Shown here: in pieces, positions 30,477 to 40,542 of the stretch | Numbering within the stretch: the stretch's first letter is position 1 | How the letters are laid out: each line of letters starts with the position of its first letter | NCBI GenBank assembly: GCA_007131725.1 | Contig: SLPZ01000096.1 | Location: 5,220-69,219 of the forward strand | Length of the DNA stretch: 64,000 bases | Source: Balneolaceae bacterium | GTDB taxonomy: Bacteria > Bacteroidota > Rhodothermia > Balneolales > Balneolaceae | Direction of reading: 5' to 3' | The notes under the pieces: generated by a model | Told to the model about the DNA's origin: nothing | What the model saw: only the letters and a program-made list of their open reading frames with translations | The model's database searches: none | Program-made: the position numbers and the translations under genes

Positions 30477-31220
30477 ATGAAAAATATAGTTGAAGTATTT
30501 GATTTTGGACAAATTTCCTTTCGCCGCGCATGGGAAATACAAAAGTATGCTCAAAATCTTCTGATTGGACAAAAAAAGCAATATCGAGACGGAAAAATTT
30601 CAGAAAAAAAACGTAACGATTTGCTTTTTTTTGTGGAGCACCCACATGTGTACACCCTGGGGAAAAGCGGAGATGCAGCCCACCTGTTAAAGACATCTGC
30701 AGAACTTGCGAAAATCGAAGCCGAATTTATTGAAATAGACCGTGGCGGAGATATCACTTATCACGGACCGGGCCAGATTGTAGGTTACCCGATTTTGGAC
30801 CTTGACAGGTATTTTACTGATATCCATAAATACCTCAGGTTTCTTGAAGAGGTTATGATTAAAACCTGCAAGGATTACGGTATGCAGGCCGAACGAATTG
30901 AGGGACTTACCGGTGTATGGGTTGATGGGAAAAAAATTTGCGCACTGGGAATCCGGTGTTCACGATGGGTTACTATGCACGGATTCGCATTTAACGTAAA
31001 TACAGATCTCAGCTATTTCGATCATATCGTTCCCTGCGGCATCAAAAATAAATCGGTAACCAGCCTTTCTTCACTTTTAAATACTGAAATGGATATCAAT
31101 GAAGTGAAAAAAAAGATCTTAAAAAACTTTTCTGAGGTATTTGATGTTGAAGTCATAGATGAAAATGCATTCTCTGAGATATCAGAAATCGAAAACGAAA
31201 TTGAACATATTTTTAAATAA
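30477..31220 (+). CDS. lipB: Lipoyl(octanoyl) transferase LipB
   Basis: EHPHVYTLG, DRGGDITYHGPGQ, KICALG, HGFAFNV, PCGI. Confidence 0.95.
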   Translation: MKNIVEVFDFGQISFRRAWEIQKYAQNLLIGQKKQYRDGKISEKKRNDLLFFVEHPHVYTLGKSGDAAHLLKTSAELAKIEAEFIEIDRGGDITYHGPGQIVGYPILDLDRYFTDIHKYLRFLEEVMIKTCKDYGMQAERIEGLTGVWVDGKKICALGIRCSRWVTMHGFAFNVNTDLSYFDHIVPCGIKNKSVTSLSSLLNTEMDINEVKKKILKNFSEVFDVEVIDENAFSEISEIENEIEHIFK

Positions 31221-31321
31221 ATGATTGGACAGATCGAAATTGGAAGCCTGTACACGATCTGTAAATTTCTTACCTTTCACCACCTGAAAAGAAATTGAAA
31301 TACGGGTAAATGTAATATTTT

Positions 31322-32200
31322 ATGATTAAAGAACTTGATGTAATTGAAAAAAGCCATCCCGGGGAGCGCAGGCCAGACTGGCTTCGCGTTAAATTGCCAT
31401 CGGGAGAAAAGTTTAAGGAAGTATCCGAAACGCTCCAGAAAAACAATCTGAACACCGTTTGTTCAGAAGCCCGCTGCCCGAATATGGGAGAATGCTGGGG
31501 TGCAGGAACAGCAACATTTATGATTTTAGGCGATGTTTGCACCCGTTCATGCTCTTTTTGTGCCGTTAAAACCGGGAGGCCGCCGAGCGATCTGGATTGG
31601 GATGAACCCCGCAGGGTCGCCGATGCCGCTGCTAAAATGAAATTAAAACACGTTGTTCTGACTTCTGTGAACAGGGATGAAAGAAAAGATGGTGGCGCAC
31701 CCATTTTTGCCGAATGCCACAGAGCAATTCGCGAAGCTATAGAGGGCGTCACGATTGAATCACTGATTCCCGATTTCAGAGGTGTTTGGGATGCATTGCA
31801 AATTGTAATTGATACTCCGCCGGATGTGCTTAGCCATAACCTCGAAACCGTACCGAGATTGTACAGGAATGTACGCCCACAGGCAAAATACGAGAGGTCG
31901 CTTGAACTGCTACAGCGCGTTAAAGATCAGGGATTACGCAGTAAAACCGGCATTATGGTGGGGCTGGGAGAAACCCGGGAGGAAGTTATCAGGTTAATGC
32001 AAGACTGTGCTGATCACAACGTGGATGTACTTACCATTGGCCAGTATATGCAGCCGACCAAAATGCATCACCCGGTTGTGGAATGGATTCACCCGGATCA
32101 ATTTGCAGAGTATAAAGAAATTGGCGAAACCCTTGGTATTGAGCATGTTGAGAGCGGGCCGCTTGTGCGTTCTTCCTATCACGCAGAAAGACATGTGTAA
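31322..32200 (+). CDS. lipA: Lipoyl synthase LipA
   Basis: CSEARCPNMGEC, CTRSCSFC radical-SAM motif, C-terminal RSSY. Confidence 0.97.
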   Translation: MIKELDVIEKSHPGERRPDWLRVKLPSGEKFKEVSETLQKNNLNTVCSEARCPNMGECWGAGTATFMILGDVCTRSCSFCAVKTGRPPSDLDWDEPRRVADAAAKMKLKHVVLTSVNRDERKDGGAPIFAECHRAIREAIEGVTIESLIPDFRGVWDALQIVIDTPPDVLSHNLETVPRLYRNVRPQAKYERSLELLQRVKDQGLRSKTGIMVGLGETREEVIRLMQDCADHNVDVLTIGQYMQPTKMHHPVVEWIHPDQFAEYKEIGETLGIEHVESGPLVRSSYHAERHV

Positions 32201-32276
32201 TATTTTTGATTTCGGGTTGTAACGTATATTCAATCAAACAGGGATTAATCAAATACTAACATAAAAAACGCTTCCA

Positions 32277-32972
32277 ATGCTGTCTATTTTTACAGTAGTG
32301 ATTATCTGTTATCTTATTGGGGCAATTCCAAGCTCTTTATGGACGGGCAAACTCTTTTTTGGAATCGATATCAGGGATCACGGAAGCGGCAATGCAGGGG
32401 CTACCAACACTTTTAGAATATTGGGCTGGAAAGCGGGCACGGCAGTGTTGCTTTTTGATTTTGGTAAGGGGCTGCTGTGTACAACTGTAATTTATAAACT
32501 TGCCTGGCATATTGGCAGCGGTCCCGTTGTTCTCTATTCAAATTGGGATCTTGAACCTATGATGCTGATCATTGCCGGAGTTGCGGCGGTAATCGGCCAT
32601 ATGTTCCCGGTTTATGCAAAATTCAGCGGAGGCAAAGGCGCGGCAACGGCTTGCGGCATGCTTTATGGAATTGAACCGGTTTCTATCAGCATTTCCCTGG
32701 CCGTATTTTTATTAATGATGTTCTCCACAAGATATGTTTCCCTGGGCTCTATTACCGGAGCTTTCATCTATCCGTTTTCACAGCTAACCTTGCGGTATGG
32801 ATATGGTTGGGACATTGACGGAAGCGTGATACTTTTGAGCAGTGTGCTTGCTTTGGGAATTATCATCAAGCATAAAGGAAATATCAAACGCCTGATAGAA
32901 GGAAATGAAAACCGGATAAAATCTTTCAAGCCAGCGAAAGGAAGAATTAACGAAGAACAGGGTGTAACGTGA
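32277..32972 (+). CDS. plsY: Glycerol-3-phosphate acyltransferase PlsY
   Basis: GSGNAGATN, GHMFPVY..FSGGKG, HKGNIKRL..G.E. Confidence 0.95.
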   Translation: MLSIFTVVIICYLIGAIPSSLWTGKLFFGIDIRDHGSGNAGATNTFRILGWKAGTAVLLFDFGKGLLCTTVIYKLAWHIGSGPVVLYSNWDLEPMMLIIAGVAAVIGHMFPVYAKFSGGKGAATACGMLYGIEPVSISISLAVFLLMMFSTRYVSLGSITGAFIYPFSQLTLRYGYGWDIDGSVILLSSVLALGIIIKHKGNIKRLIEGNENRIKSFKPAKGRINEEQGVT

Positions 32973-33979
32973 AAAATATAAGTATCATAGGCGCCGGCAG
33001 CTTTGGCACCGCCATTGCGGTGTTATTGGGAAAAAAAGGCTATTCTGTTTCTATATGGGGAAGAGAGACAGAAGTGGTGGATGGCATCAACCAAAACGGA
33101 ATCAATCCGGAATATTTAACGGATATCAAGTTGCCGGAATCTATTAAGGCTTTTCATAAAATTAAGGATGCGGTTGAAGACGCCGAAATGGTTGTATTTT
33201 CTACGCCGACTCATGCATTAAGAGAAGTGGCTGTCAAAACAAAACCCCATCTGACCGGCGAAGAAATAATTGTTTCTGTTGCTAAAGGTATTGAACAAGA
33301 GAGCCTTTTGACACCCTCTCAAATTTTAGTTGATGTGCTGGACGGCGTGGTTCTTGAAGATCACATAGGCATTCTTACCGGGCCAAGCCATGCTGAGGAA
33401 GTAGGTAAATTCAAACCCACCACTGTGGTGGCATCGGCCTATTCAAAACGGGCGGCCACTGTTATCCAGGAAACGTTTATAACACCGATGTTTCGGGTGT
33501 ATCTGAACTACGACATTTTGGGCGCTGAAATTGGCGGAGCACTGAAGAATATTATGGCTATTGCCGCCGGTATTGTAGATGGCGCTAAATTGGGAGACAA
33601 TGCCAAAGCTGCACTGATGACAAGGGGGCTGCACGAAATGAAACGAATGGGCAGTACTTTAGGAGCATCGCAGGATACTTTTTCGGGACTGACCGGTATG
33701 GGAGACCTGATTGTAACCTGCACAAGCAAGCATAGCCGGAACCGCTACGTGGGCTATCATATCGGGAAGGGTAAAACTCTTGAAGAAATTAAAGCCGGCA
33801 TGAATATGGTGGCAGAAGGAGTAAAAACTGCCAAGTCGGTTTGGCAATGGTCCAGGAAAAATGGCGTAGAAATGCCCATAACAGATGCGGTTTATAAAGT
33901 GCTTTTTGAAAACATGAATCCAAAAGATGCTGTTAACGAGCTGATGACCCGTAATGCCAAAAACGAAATCATGATTTAA
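32969..33979 (+). CDS. gpsA: NAD(P)H-dependent glycerol-3-phosphate dehydrogenase
   Basis: GAGSFGTA, GPSHAEEV, GGALKN, GDLIVTC.S.HSRN; GTGA overlap with plsY. Confidence 0.95.
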   Translation: MKNISIIGAGSFGTAIAVLLGKKGYSVSIWGRETEVVDGINQNGINPEYLTDIKLPESIKAFHKIKDAVEDAEMVVFSTPTHALREVAVKTKPHLTGEEIIVSVAKGIEQESLLTPSQILVDVLDGVVLEDHIGILTGPSHAEEVGKFKPTTVVASAYSKRAATVIQETFITPMFRVYLNYDILGAEIGGALKNIMAIAAGIVDGAKLGDNAKAALMTRGLHEMKRMGSTLGASQDTFSGLTGMGDLIVTCTSKHSRNRYVGYHIGKGKTLEEIKAGMNMVAEGVKTAKSVWQWSRKNGVEMPITDAVYKVLFENMNPKDAVNELMTRNAKNEIMI

Positions 33980-34178
33980 TCCGGGAGTTTCCCGCCACAA
34001 CAGATTGTACTCTGTTTCGTTAAAAATTCATAAGAAAAGTAACAGAAACGGCTGATGTCTTTTACTGAATTTGCTGATCACGAAAAGATTTGTTTATGTA
34101 ATGAGAACAAAGGCTTATCTTCAATATATCGTACAGTAAATTATTGAATAATATCCTCCCAAAAAATTCATAATTGTT

Positions 34179-34856
34179 ATGATACTGCCAAACGGTGAGA
34201 TCACCATCTCCGAAATGACCCCGGATGATTTGCGGAACCTCATACAAACGGGCGAAGGAAAATACCTGGAATTCAAAAAAACTGTGCCGTCACCCGAAAA
34301 AATTGCCAGAGAAATTGCCGCTTTTGCCAACACCAAGGGCGGTACCATTCTGATTGGGGTTGATGACCATAAGAATATTACTGGCATAAAATCCTATTAC
34401 GAAGAGGAGTATTTGCTTCAGAAAGGAGCAAGTGAAAGCTGCGTACCTGCAGTGCCCATCAGGATTGAGCTGGTGCACAACGGGCATTTTGATGTGATGG
34501 TAGTGTTTGTTGCCGAAGCTGAAAAGAAACCTGTGTATAATAAAGGAAAGAAAAAAAGGCTGGTTTTTATCCGTGAAAGAGATGAAAGCATTCTGGCAAG
34601 TGATGAAATGACAGAAATTTTGAAACAGAAATATTCAGACGATGGAGTTACTTTCGAATATGGTGAAAGAGAACAGATGCTGTTCCGCTATTTGAATGAA
34701 TACGGAGAAATAACCGTTCAAAAATATTCACAGCTCATAAATGTTACCACACACAGGGCATCAAAAATTTTGGTGAACCTGGTGAGTGCAGATGTGCTGA
34801 AATTATTTCGAAAGTCCGATACGGATTATTTCACATTTTCAAGTTCTAACAAGTAA
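34179..34856 (+). CDS. AlbA_2/Schlafen-like domain protein with C-terminal winged HTH
   Basis: GEGKYLEFK...IAAFANTKGGTILIGVDD motif; HTH-like C-terminus. Confidence 0.8.
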   Translation: MILPNGEITISEMTPDDLRNLIQTGEGKYLEFKKTVPSPEKIAREIAAFANTKGGTILIGVDDHKNITGIKSYYEEEYLLQKGASESCVPAVPIRIELVHNGHFDVMVVFVAEAEKKPVYNKGKKKRLVFIRERDESILASDEMTEILKQKYSDDGVTFEYGEREQMLFRYLNEYGEITVQKYSQLINVTTHRASKILVNLVSADVLKLFRKSDTDYFTFSSSNK

Positions 34857-34871
34857 ACAGTTTTTAATTAA

Positions 34872-35309
34872 ATGGCATTACCCGAAGAAAATTTAGATGA
34901 TGTAATTGCTTCCCTGGTTGATGAAGGTTCTGACGGAGCGGAAGAGGTTCAGCCTTCGGCAGAGCTTAAAGATACGGATGCCGATCCTGTAGTTCTTACC
35001 GAAAGAGCGGCGCGGCAGATCAATAAAATTAAAGTAAATGAAAACTTGGAAGATTCACTTTATTTACGTGTAGCAGTTGAGGGCGGCGGGTGTTCCGGTT
35101 TGAGTTACAAACTCGGTTTTGACATAAAAACCGATGAAGACAAAATCATTGAAAGCCAGGGTCTTGAAATTGTGATTGACCCAAAACATTTGATGTATCT
35201 GAATGGAATTCAGATTGACTATCCTGACGGGCTGGATGCACGAGGCTTCACATTCAACAATCCCAACGCCAGTGAATCGTGCGGATGCGGCTCCTCGTTT
35301 GCAGTGTAA
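34872..35309 (+). CDS. Fe-S cluster A-type carrier (IscA/ErpA/HesB family) with acidic N-terminal extension
   Basis: GGCSG and CGCGSSF motifs. Confidence 0.92.
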   Translation: MALPEENLDDVIASLVDEGSDGAEEVQPSAELKDTDADPVVLTERAARQINKIKVNENLEDSLYLRVAVEGGGCSGLSYKLGFDIKTDEDKIIESQGLEIVIDPKHLMYLNGIQIDYPDGLDARGFTFNNPNASESCGCGSSFAV

Positions 35310-35327
35310 ACCAAGCCTGATTTACAA

Positions 35328-36083
35328 TCAGATTTCCTCGTCTGGTTCTTCTATTGTTGGAATATTTTCTTCCACCACTCCCTGCTCTTGAAGGGCAAAC
35401 ATGAAAAACCAGCAGAGAGATGCCCAGAAAAACCCGACAATCCACCCTACAAGTACATCTGTGGGATAATGAACACCGAGAAAAATTCGTGTTATACCCA
35501 CCATTGCAGCAACAAAAATTGCGATAGAGATGATGTAAACACGTACTTTAGGATTCGTTTCCAATCGGGTTAATAGTGACCCCATTGTGAGATAGGCAAT
35601 TGCAGACAACATCGAATGTCCGCTTGGGAAGCTGGGCGAGGTTTCAACCATCAGCGCAGGAACAATATCCGGGCGCTCACGGAGAAAAAAATCTTTCAGC
35701 AGCAGGCTGATCAGCAATCCGCCAAGTGTGGTTATCAAAACAAGAGTGGCGGCCCGGTAGCTTTTTTGAAGAACCAGGTAGACCATCACAACAACAATAA
35801 TAAATGTCAGAACGGCAGGGCCACCCATTGCCGTTACATCACGAACGGCTTCATCCACCCAATGAGGGCCAAACAACATTTGTGGATTATCAGCATCGCG
35901 AACGGAAAGCAGCAGCCACTCATCAAACTGCTGGGCGCGGTCAACCATAAAAACATCCCGCAGTTCAATTCCTCCCCAGAAAAAAAGAAGGAGGAAGAGT
36001 GTGCCAATCATGATTAAAATCTCTTTGCGCAGCAGCTTTTTTAACTTCGGGAACTGCTTGCTTGCACTCTCGAGTATCGGCAT
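35328..36083 (-). CDS. PAP2 family membrane phosphatase
   Basis: K....RERP, SFPSGHS, TRIFLGVHYPTDV. Confidence 0.9.
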   Translation of the reverse strand: MPILESASKQFPKLKKLLRKEILIMIGTLFLLLFFWGGIELRDVFMVDRAQQFDEWLLLSVRDADNPQMLFGPHWVDEAVRDVTAMGGPAVLTFIIVVVMVYLVLQKSYRAATLVLITTLGGLLISLLLKDFFLRERPDIVPALMVETSPSFPSGHSMLSAIAYLTMGSLLTRLETNPKVRVYIISIAIFVAAMVGITRIFLGVHYPTDVLVGWIVGFFWASLCWFFMFALQEQGVVEENIPTIEEPDEEI

Positions 36084-36279
36084 AGTATTTGGTTAGATTG
36101 AGTTATATGACCAAAAAACTAAATAAAAAAGCTAACTATTTGCTACTCAAACAATCAGCCAAAAAACAGCGTTCAATAATAGTTTTCTTCCTGAATTGGT
36201 TTTTCTGAATTAAACCTATGAATTGTTCATTTAAGTGAATTAATGAAAAATAATCATAATAGTGATATCACGATAAATG

Positions 36280-37185
36280 TCAATTCAATTTGGCTTTTGC
36301 CGTTTCAACAATCGTGTCGATTTCGTGTTTTGAAACAATATGCCTGGTTCCGCAAAAGTGGCAAACCATCTCCTGGTCGTTGCCTTCAAGCTCTTTTAAA
36401 TCGTCAAGGCTCAGGAGAGTCAGAGCATTTTTAAACCTTGCAGCATTGCATCGGCAAAAGAAATGAACCGGCTGCCTGTCGAGCTCTTTTATTTTGAAAG
36501 GGCGGGTGGCCGACTCCATAATCTTATCAATATAATGGCCCGCTTCAAGCTGCCCGGAAACAGGAGGCAGTTTTTTGAGATGCTTTTGCAGCGTTTTTAT
36601 CACTGAATCATCGGCATCGGGCAGCCGCTGGATCAGTATGCCACCGGCCTGGTTTACATCTCCGTTGTCTTCCAGGCTCACATCAAGCAAAAATGCAGAC
36701 AACACCTGTTCGGATTGCGCCATGTAGTGAGCCATATCCGAGAGAATATCTCCCTTAACTATTTCGATGGTGCTGGTCTTTGGTTCGGCCTCGTTGTAGA
36801 GAATTTTGGATACGGTCAGAAATCCGGCCCCGATTCCATTTCCGATGGATACATTATCTGTGTTGTAATTCAGCTCTGCAGCAGGATTTTTAACATATCC
36901 GCGAACTTCACCCACGCGGTTGGCTTCAGCGGTAATGGATCCCACAGGTCCGCTGCCCTCAAGCTGAATTTTTATCCGTTCCTCTCCCTTCAATTCTGAT
37001 GCAAGCAGCATTGCAGCGGTTAAGGTTCGCCCAAGCAGTACAGTATTCAGCAGCGATAATTTGTGATTTTCTTTCGCTTTTTGAACTACATCCGTTGTTT
37101 TAACCACGCTGATTTTGAACTGTCCCCGGGTTTCAATTCCTTTGATTAAACGGTCCTTAAATTTGAATTTTTCTTTCAAAGACAT
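36280..37185 (-). CDS. hslO: Hsp33 redox-regulated chaperone HslO
   Basis: LGRTLTA, SEQV.S, AGGILIQRLP, CRC...CHFC zinc motif. Confidence 0.93.
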   Translation of the reverse strand: MSLKEKFKFKDRLIKGIETRGQFKISVVKTTDVVQKAKENHKLSLLNTVLLGRTLTAAMLLASELKGEERIKIQLEGSGPVGSITAEANRVGEVRGYVKNPAAELNYNTDNVSIGNGIGAGFLTVSKILYNEAEPKTSTIEIVKGDILSDMAHYMAQSEQVLSAFLLDVSLEDNGDVNQAGGILIQRLPDADDSVIKTLQKHLKKLPPVSGQLEAGHYIDKIMESATRPFKIKELDRQPVHFFCRCNAARFKNALTLLSLDDLKELEGNDQEMVCHFCGTRHIVSKHEIDTIVETAKAKLN

Positions 37186-37273
37186 CTATTGTAAATCTTT
37201 TATTCTTTGGTTTAACTTAAAACTTTGTGGGTAATCGGGTTGGTAGCCTAATTCAGGGACACACCCCTCGTTC

Positions 37274-37331
37274 GATGAACCGTGCTTCGCACTTTCATCT
37301 TCACATATCCCCTCTCGAGAGGGGGATGTGA
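37274..37331. repeat. Two adjacent hairpins including a perfect 16-bp palindrome (REP-like)
   Basis: GATGAA-CC-GTGC-TTC-GCAC-T-TTCATC, then TCACAT..CCCCTCTCGAGAGGGG..ATGTGA (palindrome 37309-37324). Confidence 0.55.
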
Positions 37332-37426
37332 TATACTTCAAATAGATTGTCCACAAAATTTCAAGTACAAACTTTTTTACTAATGATTTTCACTATCACA
37401 AACAACAAACTGAGCCATAAACGTTG

Positions 37427-37434
37427 CAAAGGTA
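37427..37434 (-). promoter_or_regulatory. Putative -7 box (TACCTTTG) oriented toward hslO
   Basis: CAAAGGTA on + strand equals TAnnTTTG on the minus strand. Confidence 0.4.
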
Positions 37435-37473
37435 CGCAGATTTGAAGAAAGGTTTATTCAGAAACGTTTGTTG

Positions 37474-39225
37474 TTAAACGTCGCGGTCGATGCCAACCAG
37501 CCGGGTATGGTTTCTGCCAACTTCAAAGTAAACATCAATTTTTTGATCTCCCAAATGATCATAATTTCTGAGTGTGTGCAGCTCTACTTTGATTACTTGG
37601 TAATTGTCGCCGTTCAGCAGATGCCCTGGAAGTGTCAGTTCAATGAATGAATCATCGGTAACACCTTCGGCAAGAAATTCTCCGTTCACCGCTTCGATGT
37701 AATATTGATAACGGTGAGAATCGGGTGTGTTTAAATTTCCGTCGATGTATAAATCGGAAAAAGTGATCTGGAGTGTTTTATCATTCAGGCCGGCTTCAAA
37801 ACGGTCGAGCGGATTGATTCGCTTGAACCAGTATCGCCCGATCATATCACGGCGTTTAATCAGCGTTTCAACCAGGTAATCCACAGCACGTTCGTCATAA
37901 ATCAGACCGGTTTCAACCATTGTGCGAATATCCTCATCGCTGAAATTCATCACAATTTTTGCTCCCCAGAAGGCATCTCTCAATGTCATATTTTCGAAGG
38001 CGGGATTGGGATGTGTGGGAACCCACCTGCCGGGTTTAAACACATCGGCACGGAAATAGCCCACCTGCGGGAATTCGTAACTACCATCAATTTTTTCCCA
38101 AAGCGGCACGTAGGTACCGAGAGAAACCGTGTTGAGCAGCATAAAACGCGGATCAATCAGGTAGGCCTGACCTTGTATGGGTCGATGGATTGTGTGGCCG
38201 TTGGCGCCGAGAATGTTCCCGAAATCCTGCACGTAATGGTCAATATATCCGCGGTCATTGTAAACAAACATGGAGTTGGCATCGCGGCGATCGGTGTCGT
38301 TCACCCAGGAGCTGATGACCCGCATTCCGCGCAATTCTCTGCGGTGTTCATGGTCAACACGGTCGTTGGGATCATCGCGGTAAGTTCCCCTGAACCGCCA
38401 CGGCCCCAGCGGCCTGCCGTCAACAAATTTGCTGGCAAAAACACGCATGGTGCCGTCCTCGTACAAGCCCTGCCCGGAAATAATTGACCGGTAGTCCTCC
38501 ATCGTCATTGGTCGCATTTCGCCGTTATCTTCAATTTCTACACCGGGCCTGATGAAGACCTGCTCCGGATCGAAATATGCAACTGTGGCTTCCGGAACCG
38601 TGTATCCGGCGGCGTAGAAAATTCGGGAACCGATCACTTCAACCGACGACATCAGGCCGGGATAGAGCGGCCCGTCAAATTTGGCGAGAAAACGTTCTCC
38701 GCTTGCATCCTCAAAAAAGAAGCCTCCCATTGCGCCTTCCAGTTTTGCCTGGAAAATATACCAGGGGCCGGAGGTGTCAGGTTCAACGGTGTTGGGGCCG
38801 CGGGCAAGTTCTTCCTGGGTCATCGGGTTGTGATAATGCCGGTATGTGTACCAGCTCGATTCGGGTACATCATCCAGTTTGTTGACGTTGTCTGCCTCGC
38901 GGGGAGAAGCAAGCCCGAGCGGTTTTCCGAAAAACCGGAGAACACGGTTCAGGTCAAGAACTTTTCCGATTTGATGGAAAGTTGAGTTGTCAATACGGTC
39001 CCAGTACTGAAACTGCTCTTTTCGGGAAGGCATCGGGATACGGGTTGTATCGGGATCGAAAGTTTTGATGGGGCCGGTGGCGTACGGTTTGCTCGATGAA
39101 CAGCCAACCGCCAGTATTGCAGCCACTGAGAAAATAAGGACAATAACCAAAACGGGACTGAACCGTTTCAAAAATAGAATTCGATTTTTTGATGATTTTG
39201 ACAGCATGTCAGGTCTGCAATTCAT
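37474..39225 (-). CDS. Lipoprotein with putative atypical (HipA/PI3-4K/CotH-like) kinase domain
   Basis: Lipobox LAVG-C; KLEGAMGG; RFLAKFD; EVIGSRIFYAAGYTVPE; WVNDTDRRDAN; QDFG. ORF is solid; kinase call is motif-based inference. Confidence 0.65.
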   Translation of the reverse strand: MNCRPDMLSKSSKNRILFLKRFSPVLVIVLIFSVAAILAVGCSSSKPYATGPIKTFDPDTTRIPMPSRKEQFQYWDRIDNSTFHQIGKVLDLNRVLRFFGKPLGLASPREADNVNKLDDVPESSWYTYRHYHNPMTQEELARGPNTVEPDTSGPWYIFQAKLEGAMGGFFFEDASGERFLAKFDGPLYPGLMSSVEVIGSRIFYAAGYTVPEATVAYFDPEQVFIRPGVEIEDNGEMRPMTMEDYRSIISGQGLYEDGTMRVFASKFVDGRPLGPWRFRGTYRDDPNDRVDHEHRRELRGMRVISSWVNDTDRRDANSMFVYNDRGYIDHYVQDFGNILGANGHTIHRPIQGQAYLIDPRFMLLNTVSLGTYVPLWEKIDGSYEFPQVGYFRADVFKPGRWVPTHPNPAFENMTLRDAFWGAKIVMNFSDEDIRTMVETGLIYDERAVDYLVETLIKRRDMIGRYWFKRINPLDRFEAGLNDKTLQITFSDLYIDGNLNTPDSHRYQYYIEAVNGEFLAEGVTDDSFIELTLPGHLLNGDNYQVIKVELHTLRNYDHLGDQKIDVYFEVGRNHTRLVGIDRDV

Positions 39226-39230
39226 AGCCG

Positions 39231-40502
39231 TTAGAACGTTGGTGTGATGCTGAGGATGTAGCGAGTGGCTTCGTTGCTGAATGCCAATTCAGCCCGGAAA
39301 GCCAGGCCTTTTGCGGTGAGCAGGTGCACCCCAAAACCGTAACTCGATTCAAACCGATCGAAAGCGATGTCATCGAAATTGTTAAAAACCTGGCCCTGAT
39401 CCATAAAGAGGGTCACATCAAGTACGTCCCACATCGGATACCGGTACTCTGCCGTAAATATGAGAGCTCCACTGCCTCGGAATCGTTCGCTTCTGAAACC
39501 GCGGAGATTTCTACTGCCGCCCAGAGCGGGCAGATCGAAGAATGGAATCTCATCACCGGATAAAAGCTCAGATTTTAAAAGCATGCCGCGGATTCCTATC
39601 CGGCGGGATTCAGGCAAAAATGGCACCGGAATAAACTGGTGAGCCTCGAGATGATAAGTGAGATAGCTGGTTGAATTTTTCAGGGATGTAGCCAAGTCGG
39701 CTCCGGCAATAAATTGTGTGCCCGAAACTTTGCGCATATCACCCCGCCTGAAATCCAGGGCAAACTGGTTGCCAAAGGTCAGAATTTCATAGTTTCCTTT
39801 CAATTCATCGGGAAAAGTAAAAGGATCATCAGGCAGCTCGGCACTGCTGGTTCTGGCGGTATTATTAGAATAGGTTACTGAATTTTGCATTCGCATTCTG
39901 GCCGAAAGCGAGCTGTTGTATTGAATACGAAAAGAGGCATCTTCAGCGGAATAAAACAGCCTGTTGTCCTCAATAAAAAAACGATGCCTCGGGTTTCTTT
40001 CATAGTTTCCGGAAAAAATAAGTTCGCTGTTGTGTCTTTGAGAAACCGGTACCCGATATTGGGCATGTACATCCCAGTAATCATCTGTTCCGTATAAAAA
40101 CTGGACTCTCGCTTCATGATTTTGCCTGAAAAGATGCTGATGAAACAGAAGTGCACCGGCAGCAAATCTTACCTTACTTCCTGATTCAAACAGCGGAAAA
40201 ATTCCATAGTCTCCTCTTTCACCTTCAAAAAGGTGCGGATATCTCGTCTCGGCATACTGCACCCCCCAGCCTAATGGACGAGTGCTCCAGTAGAAAATGT
40301 AGGATGGAAGCGCAAGGATGTGCTGAGCTAAATTGTAGGATGTTTCATAGGGCTGAAGATTTGGATGATCTTCAGGAATGGCTGTAGTATCTGTTGAATC
40401 GGCAGATAACCCAGTGGCAGAAACAACTGGAACGGCACACAGAAGTAAAAGAAAAATTACAGAGCAGAGCAGAGGTTTTAAGCCGGTTGTTTGATGAAGC
40501 AT
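39231..40502 (-). CDS. Omp85 (BamA/TamA) family beta-barrel protein with no recognisable POTRA domains
   Basis: Signal peptide; LGGSRNLRGF loop motif, AEYRYP, FMDQGQVF, SYGFGV, C-terminal Phe. Confidence 0.8.
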   Translation of the reverse strand: MLHQTTGLKPLLCSVIFLLLLCAVPVVSATGLSADSTDTTAIPEDHPNLQPYETSYNLAQHILALPSYIFYWSTRPLGWGVQYAETRYPHLFEGERGDYGIFPLFESGSKVRFAAGALLFHQHLFRQNHEARVQFLYGTDDYWDVHAQYRVPVSQRHNSELIFSGNYERNPRHRFFIEDNRLFYSAEDASFRIQYNSSLSARMRMQNSVTYSNNTARTSSAELPDDPFTFPDELKGNYEILTFGNQFALDFRRGDMRKVSGTQFIAGADLATSLKNSTSYLTYHLEAHQFIPVPFLPESRRIGIRGMLLKSELLSGDEIPFFDLPALGGSRNLRGFRSERFRGSGALIFTAEYRYPMWDVLDVTLFMDQGQVFNNFDDIAFDRFESSYGFGVHLLTAKGLAFRAELAFSNEATRYILSITPTF

Positions 40503-40542
40503 AGAAGGAGTAAATGGTTATGACATTAAAATATGATGCCTG

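Noticed and set aside
34179-34856. AlbA_2/Schlafen protein as an anti-phage defence system
   Set aside because: Single small gene among housekeeping genes (gpsA, iscA) with no defence-island context.
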